Shown one piece after another: positions 16,461 to 18,486 of a stretch of 18,486 nucleotides of DNA. The stretch's first letter is position 1; every line of letters begins with the position of its first letter. Source of the DNA: an uncultured Coxiellaceae bacterium (GTDB lineage: Bacteria; Pseudomonadota; Gammaproteobacteria; DSM-16500); NCBI GenBank assembly GCA_964612855.1, contig CAZTDR010000055.1:1-18486 (forward strand). Reading direction: 5' to 3'. A model generated the notes under the pieces. It was not told the DNA's origin, searched no databases, and saw only the letters and a program-made list of their open reading frames with translations. The position numbers and the translations under genes were made by a program.

Positions 16461-16486
16461 GGTGGGCTAAGCGCAGCGTGCCCACC
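16461..16486. terminator. GC-rich hairpin ggtgggc ...(12-nt loop)... gcccacc in the 38-bp gap between the convergent plsY and tsaD genes. Putative bidirectional terminator.
   Basis: 7-bp perfect stem at a convergent gene junction. Same stem motif as 12726-12744. Confidence 0.4.
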
Positions 16487-16493
16487 AGAGGCG

Positions 16494-17501
16494 CTAACCC
16501 ATCTCCCCCAATGACCACCGTGGATACACCTCAATCGCCAACCCCGTTTTTTCCCCGGCCAATAATCGCTGACACCCCACATAAGCAATCATGGCGCCAT
16601 TGTCCGTGCAAAACTCCGGGCGTGGAAAATACACTTGTGCTTTTTCACCACGAACCATTGACGTCAATCCTGCACGCAATGCTCGATTCGCACCCACCCC
16701 CCCAGCAACAACCAATGTTCCCCAATGCGTTTCTCGTAAAGCACGACGACATTTAATGACTAACGTCTCAACAACCGCATCCTGGAAAGCGCGGGCAATA
16801 TCCGCTTTAGTTTGCGCATCTAAGCCATATTTTTCTGCCGTATTCAACGCAAATGTTTTCAAGCCGCTGAAACTGAAACTTAATCCCGGTCGATCTATCA
16901 TCGGACGCGGAAAATGAAAACGATCAGGATCGCCCTGTTCTGCCAAGGCTGCCAACGCAGCGCCGCCCGGATAACCTAATCCCAGTAATTTTGCTGTTTT
17001 ATCAAATGCCTCTCCCACCGCATCGTCGACTGACTCACCGAGAATGTGATAATCACCTAATTGTTTCACTTTCACTAATTGGGTATGCCCCCCTGAAACC
17101 AGCAATGCCACAAAAGGAAACGCGGGGGGATCGACTTCCAGCATCGGCGCAAGCAAATGCCCTTCCATATGATGCACAGCAACCGTTGGCACATCCCAAG
17201 CAAAACCGATACTTCGACCTATGGTTGCCCCTACCAATAATGCGCCAGCCAATCCGGGACCTGCTGTATAAGCGACTCCATCAATATCTTTTGCCGTAAG
17301 TTCAGCCTCTTTAAGCACCGCCTCAATCAAAGGTATTGTTTTTCGCACATGATCACGCGAGGCAAGTTCTGGCACAACGCCGCCATATTCTGCATGCAAT
17401 GCCACTTGACTATATAAAGTATGCGCCAGCAAACCGCGCTCTGAATCATAGATTGCAACGCCTGTTTCATCACAGGATGTTTCTATTCCTAATACCCGCA
17501 T
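16494..17501 (-). CDS. tsaD: tRNA N6-adenosine threonylcarbamoyltransferase TsaD (Gcp/YgjD/Kae1 family)
   Basis: [20 protein letters not shown]-terminus. HHMEGH metal-binding motif ([15 protein letters not shown]). 335 aa. Divergent from rpsU, as in E. coli. Confidence 0.95.
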   Translation of the reverse strand: MRVLGIETSCDETGVAIYDSERGLLAHTLYSQVALHAEYGGVVPELASRDHVRKTIPLIEAVLKEAELTAKDIDGVAYTAGPGLAGALLVGATIGRSIGFAWDVPTVAVHHMEGHLLAPMLEVDPPAFPFVALLVSGGHTQLVKVKQLGDYHILGESVDDAVGEAFDKTAKLLGLGYPGGAALAALAEQGDPDRFHFPRPMIDRPGLSFSFSGLKTFALNTAEKYGLDAQTKADIARAFQDAVVETLVIKCRRALRETHWGTLVVAGGVGANRALRAGLTSMVRGEKAQVYFPRPEFCTDNGAMIAYVGCQRLLAGEKTGLAIEVYPRWSLGEMG

Positions 17502-17535
17502 ATTATCCCCCGCAAGGCGCCACTATAACCGTTAA

Positions 17536-17564
17536 TTGCATTTCTTAAAATTACCCATTAGAAT
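17536..17564 (+). promoter_or_regulatory. Predicted sigma70 promoter of rpsU: -35 TTGCAT (17536-17541), 17-bp spacer, -10 TAGAAT (17559-17564)
   Basis: Near-consensus hexamers at optimal spacing, about 45 nt upstream of the rpsU ATG. GGAG SD at 17591-17594. Confidence 0.5.
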
Positions 17565-17607
17565 CTGCATTCTTCTATAAATGAGTAAGACGGAGTAAAG
17601 TCTCAAA

Positions 17608-17829
17608 ATGCCAAGTATACGTGTAAAAGATAATGAAAATTTCGAAGTTAGTTTACGCCGCTTCAAGCGTCTCTGCGAAAAAGCCAGCATTTTAGCTGAC
17701 TTACGTCGCCATGAATTCTATGAAAAACCGACCTGGAAACGCAAACGAAAAAAAGCGTCTGCTGTTAAACGTTACCAAAAAAAGCTGATGCGTGAGCAAG
17801 TTGCTATCGAAAAAGATCGCCGTAAATAA
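17608..17829 (+). CDS. rpsU: 30S ribosomal protein S21
   Basis: 73 aa ([59 protein letters not shown]...). Classic S21 sequence and size. Confidence 0.95.
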   Translation: MPSIRVKDNENFEVSLRRFKRLCEKASILADLRRHEFYEKPTWKRKRKKASAVKRYQKKLMREQVAIEKDRRK

Positions 17830-17857
17830 CGCAGTCCCTGACAGAGAGCTCGTACGC

Positions 17858-18310
17858 ATGACGACGTCCCCGATCAAAGGAAAGATCCAAGAAGACATGA
17901 AAAGTGCCATGCGCAATCAGGAAAAAGATCGCCTGGCCACTATTCGTCTGATTTTAGCTGCGTTAAAACAACGCGAAGTTGATGAGCGCATTGAACTAAC
18001 AGACGAACATGTCTTAAGCATTCTTGATAAAATGCTCAAACAACGCCGCGAATCGATCGCTCAATATGAAGCGGCTAATCGACAGGATTTAGTGGAAAAA
18101 GAAGCGGCAGAAGTGGTCGTCATTCAATCCTATTTACCCGCTCAACTGAGCACGGCTGAGATCGATGCATTAATCAATGACGCCATTAGCGAAACAGGCG
18201 CCAGCTCCGCGCGCGACATGGGTAAAGTGATGGGCGTGTTAAAGCCAAAAGTTCAGGGGCGCGCCGATGTGGCTGCCGTCAGTAACAAAGTGAAAGAACG
18301 TCTTGCTTAG
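17858..18310 (+). CDS. GatB/YqeY-domain protein
   Basis: MTTSPIKGKIQEDMKSAMRNQEKDRLATIRLILAALKQREVDERIELTDEHVLSILDKMLKQRRESI matches the YqeY family. The ORF-track start at 17792 overlaps rpsU. The in-frame ATG at 17858, after the rpsU stop, is the plausible start. Confidence 0.85.
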   Translation: MTTSPIKGKIQEDMKSAMRNQEKDRLATIRLILAALKQREVDERIELTDEHVLSILDKMLKQRRESIAQYEAANRQDLVEKEAAEVVVIQSYLPAQLSTAEIDALINDAISETGASSARDMGKVMGVLKPKVQGRADVAAVSNKVKERLA

Positions 18311-18318
18311 TTAGCCAT

Positions 18319-18360
18319 GGTGGATTACGACGCAAAAAAACGCGTCTAATCCACCCTACG
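18319..18360 (+). repeat. Family B hairpin repeat, copy 3, 8 nt after the yqeY stop, with compensatory stem substitutions
   Basis: ggtggattacgacgcaaaaaaacgcgtctaatccaccctacg. Relative to copy 2, gatgc/gcatc has become gacgc/gcgtc on both stem halves, and the loop is 1 nt longer. Confidence 0.8.
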
Positions 18361-18443
18361 ATTTGATGGTGTTTGCGCCACATCCATTGATGATGAATTG
18401 CCCCGATTTTGCGACATATCCACACCCGCAATAAAATGTAGGG

Positions 18444-18467
18444 CACGAATTCAAATGCGAAGTGCAA
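18444..18467. repeat. 24-bp exact inverted copy (cacgaattcaaatgcgaagtgcaa) of 31-54. Immediately preceded by gtagggcacg, which resembles the first 10 nt of the Family A arm.
   Basis: Direct comparison of the sequence. 18437-18446 gtagggcacg versus the Family A arm start gtaggggcacgg. Confidence 0.7.
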
Positions 18468-18486
18468 CACGATAAAAAAGAGCGGT

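Noticed and set aside
16086-17548. Several ORFs of 70-108 aa overlapping plsY and tsaD (16086-16343, 16358-16588, 16442-16756, 16591-16917, 16991-17299, 17336-17548)
   Set aside because: Alternate-frame or antisense ORFs within two highly conserved genes. The codon periodicity belongs to plsY and tsaD.
17792-17857. ORF-track start at 17792 for the YqeY-domain gene, overlapping the last 38 nt of rpsU
   Set aside because: The in-frame ATG at 17858, downstream of the rpsU stop, gives a canonical YqeY N-terminus (MTTSPIKGKIQEDMKSAM...). The upstream extension is probably untranslated.
18279-18470. 63-aa minus-strand ORF at the right edge
   Set aside because: It overlaps the yqeY 3' end and is built from the Family B copy and the 24-bp repeat. 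Its basic, Trp-rich composition is typical of translated repeat DNA.
1-18486. Looked for CRISPR arrays, tRNA/rRNA genes, integrase or transposase ORFs, toxin-antitoxin pairs and restriction-modification or other defence genes
   Set aside because: None found. The only regularly repeated sequences are the palindromic and hairpin families described. They are dispersed and not spacer-interleaved, and no ORF shows DDE, DEDD-transposase, recombinase or nuclease/ATPase defence signatures.

Overview
This 18.5 kb window reads as a low-GC (about 42%), gene-dense gammaproteobacterial chromosome segment, mostly cell-envelope and tRNA-modification housekeeping genes. On the plus strand: an EnvC-like degenerate M23 amidase activator followed by the CtpA tail-specific protease, then later a class B/C HAD acid phosphatase, plsY, rpsU and a YqeY/GatB-domain protein. 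On the minus strand: an SPFH/band-7 protein, ridA, a long tightly packed co-directional cluster (orn, alx/TerC, nnrD, a lipoprotein, tsaE, amiB, mutL, miaA), tsaD, and an unidentified ORF that runs off the left edge. Two things stand out. First, at least two dispersed repeat families are present. Family A is a 73-bp perfect GC-rich palindrome. It has two full copies in opposite orientation (one apparently translated as the N-terminus of the AmiB amidase, one forming the orn-alx leader) and one truncated copy. Family B is a 36-40 bp AT-loop hairpin element with three copies, each placed just 3' of a gene, and with a compensatory base-pair change between copies. A separate 24-bp exact inverted repeat sits at the two window ends, and a recurrent GGTGGGC...GCCCACC hairpin marks two gene ends. 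These repeats resemble the IS1111-associated palindromes and small MITE-like elements described for Coxiella burnetii. That organism assignment is inference only. Second, a small accessory islet sits between ridA and the acid phosphatase gene, and its 3' side is packed with the repeats. It carries two convergent genes with no recognisable homology: a 474-aa polytopic membrane protein behind a near-consensus sigma70 promoter, and a 113-aa two-TM protein with a consensus Shine-Dalgarno and a cysteine-string C-terminal tail (9 Cys and 2 His in 21 residues). I found no CRISPR array, tRNA, rRNA or transposase ORF. All calls rest on reading ORF translations and the raw sequence; no database search was possible.
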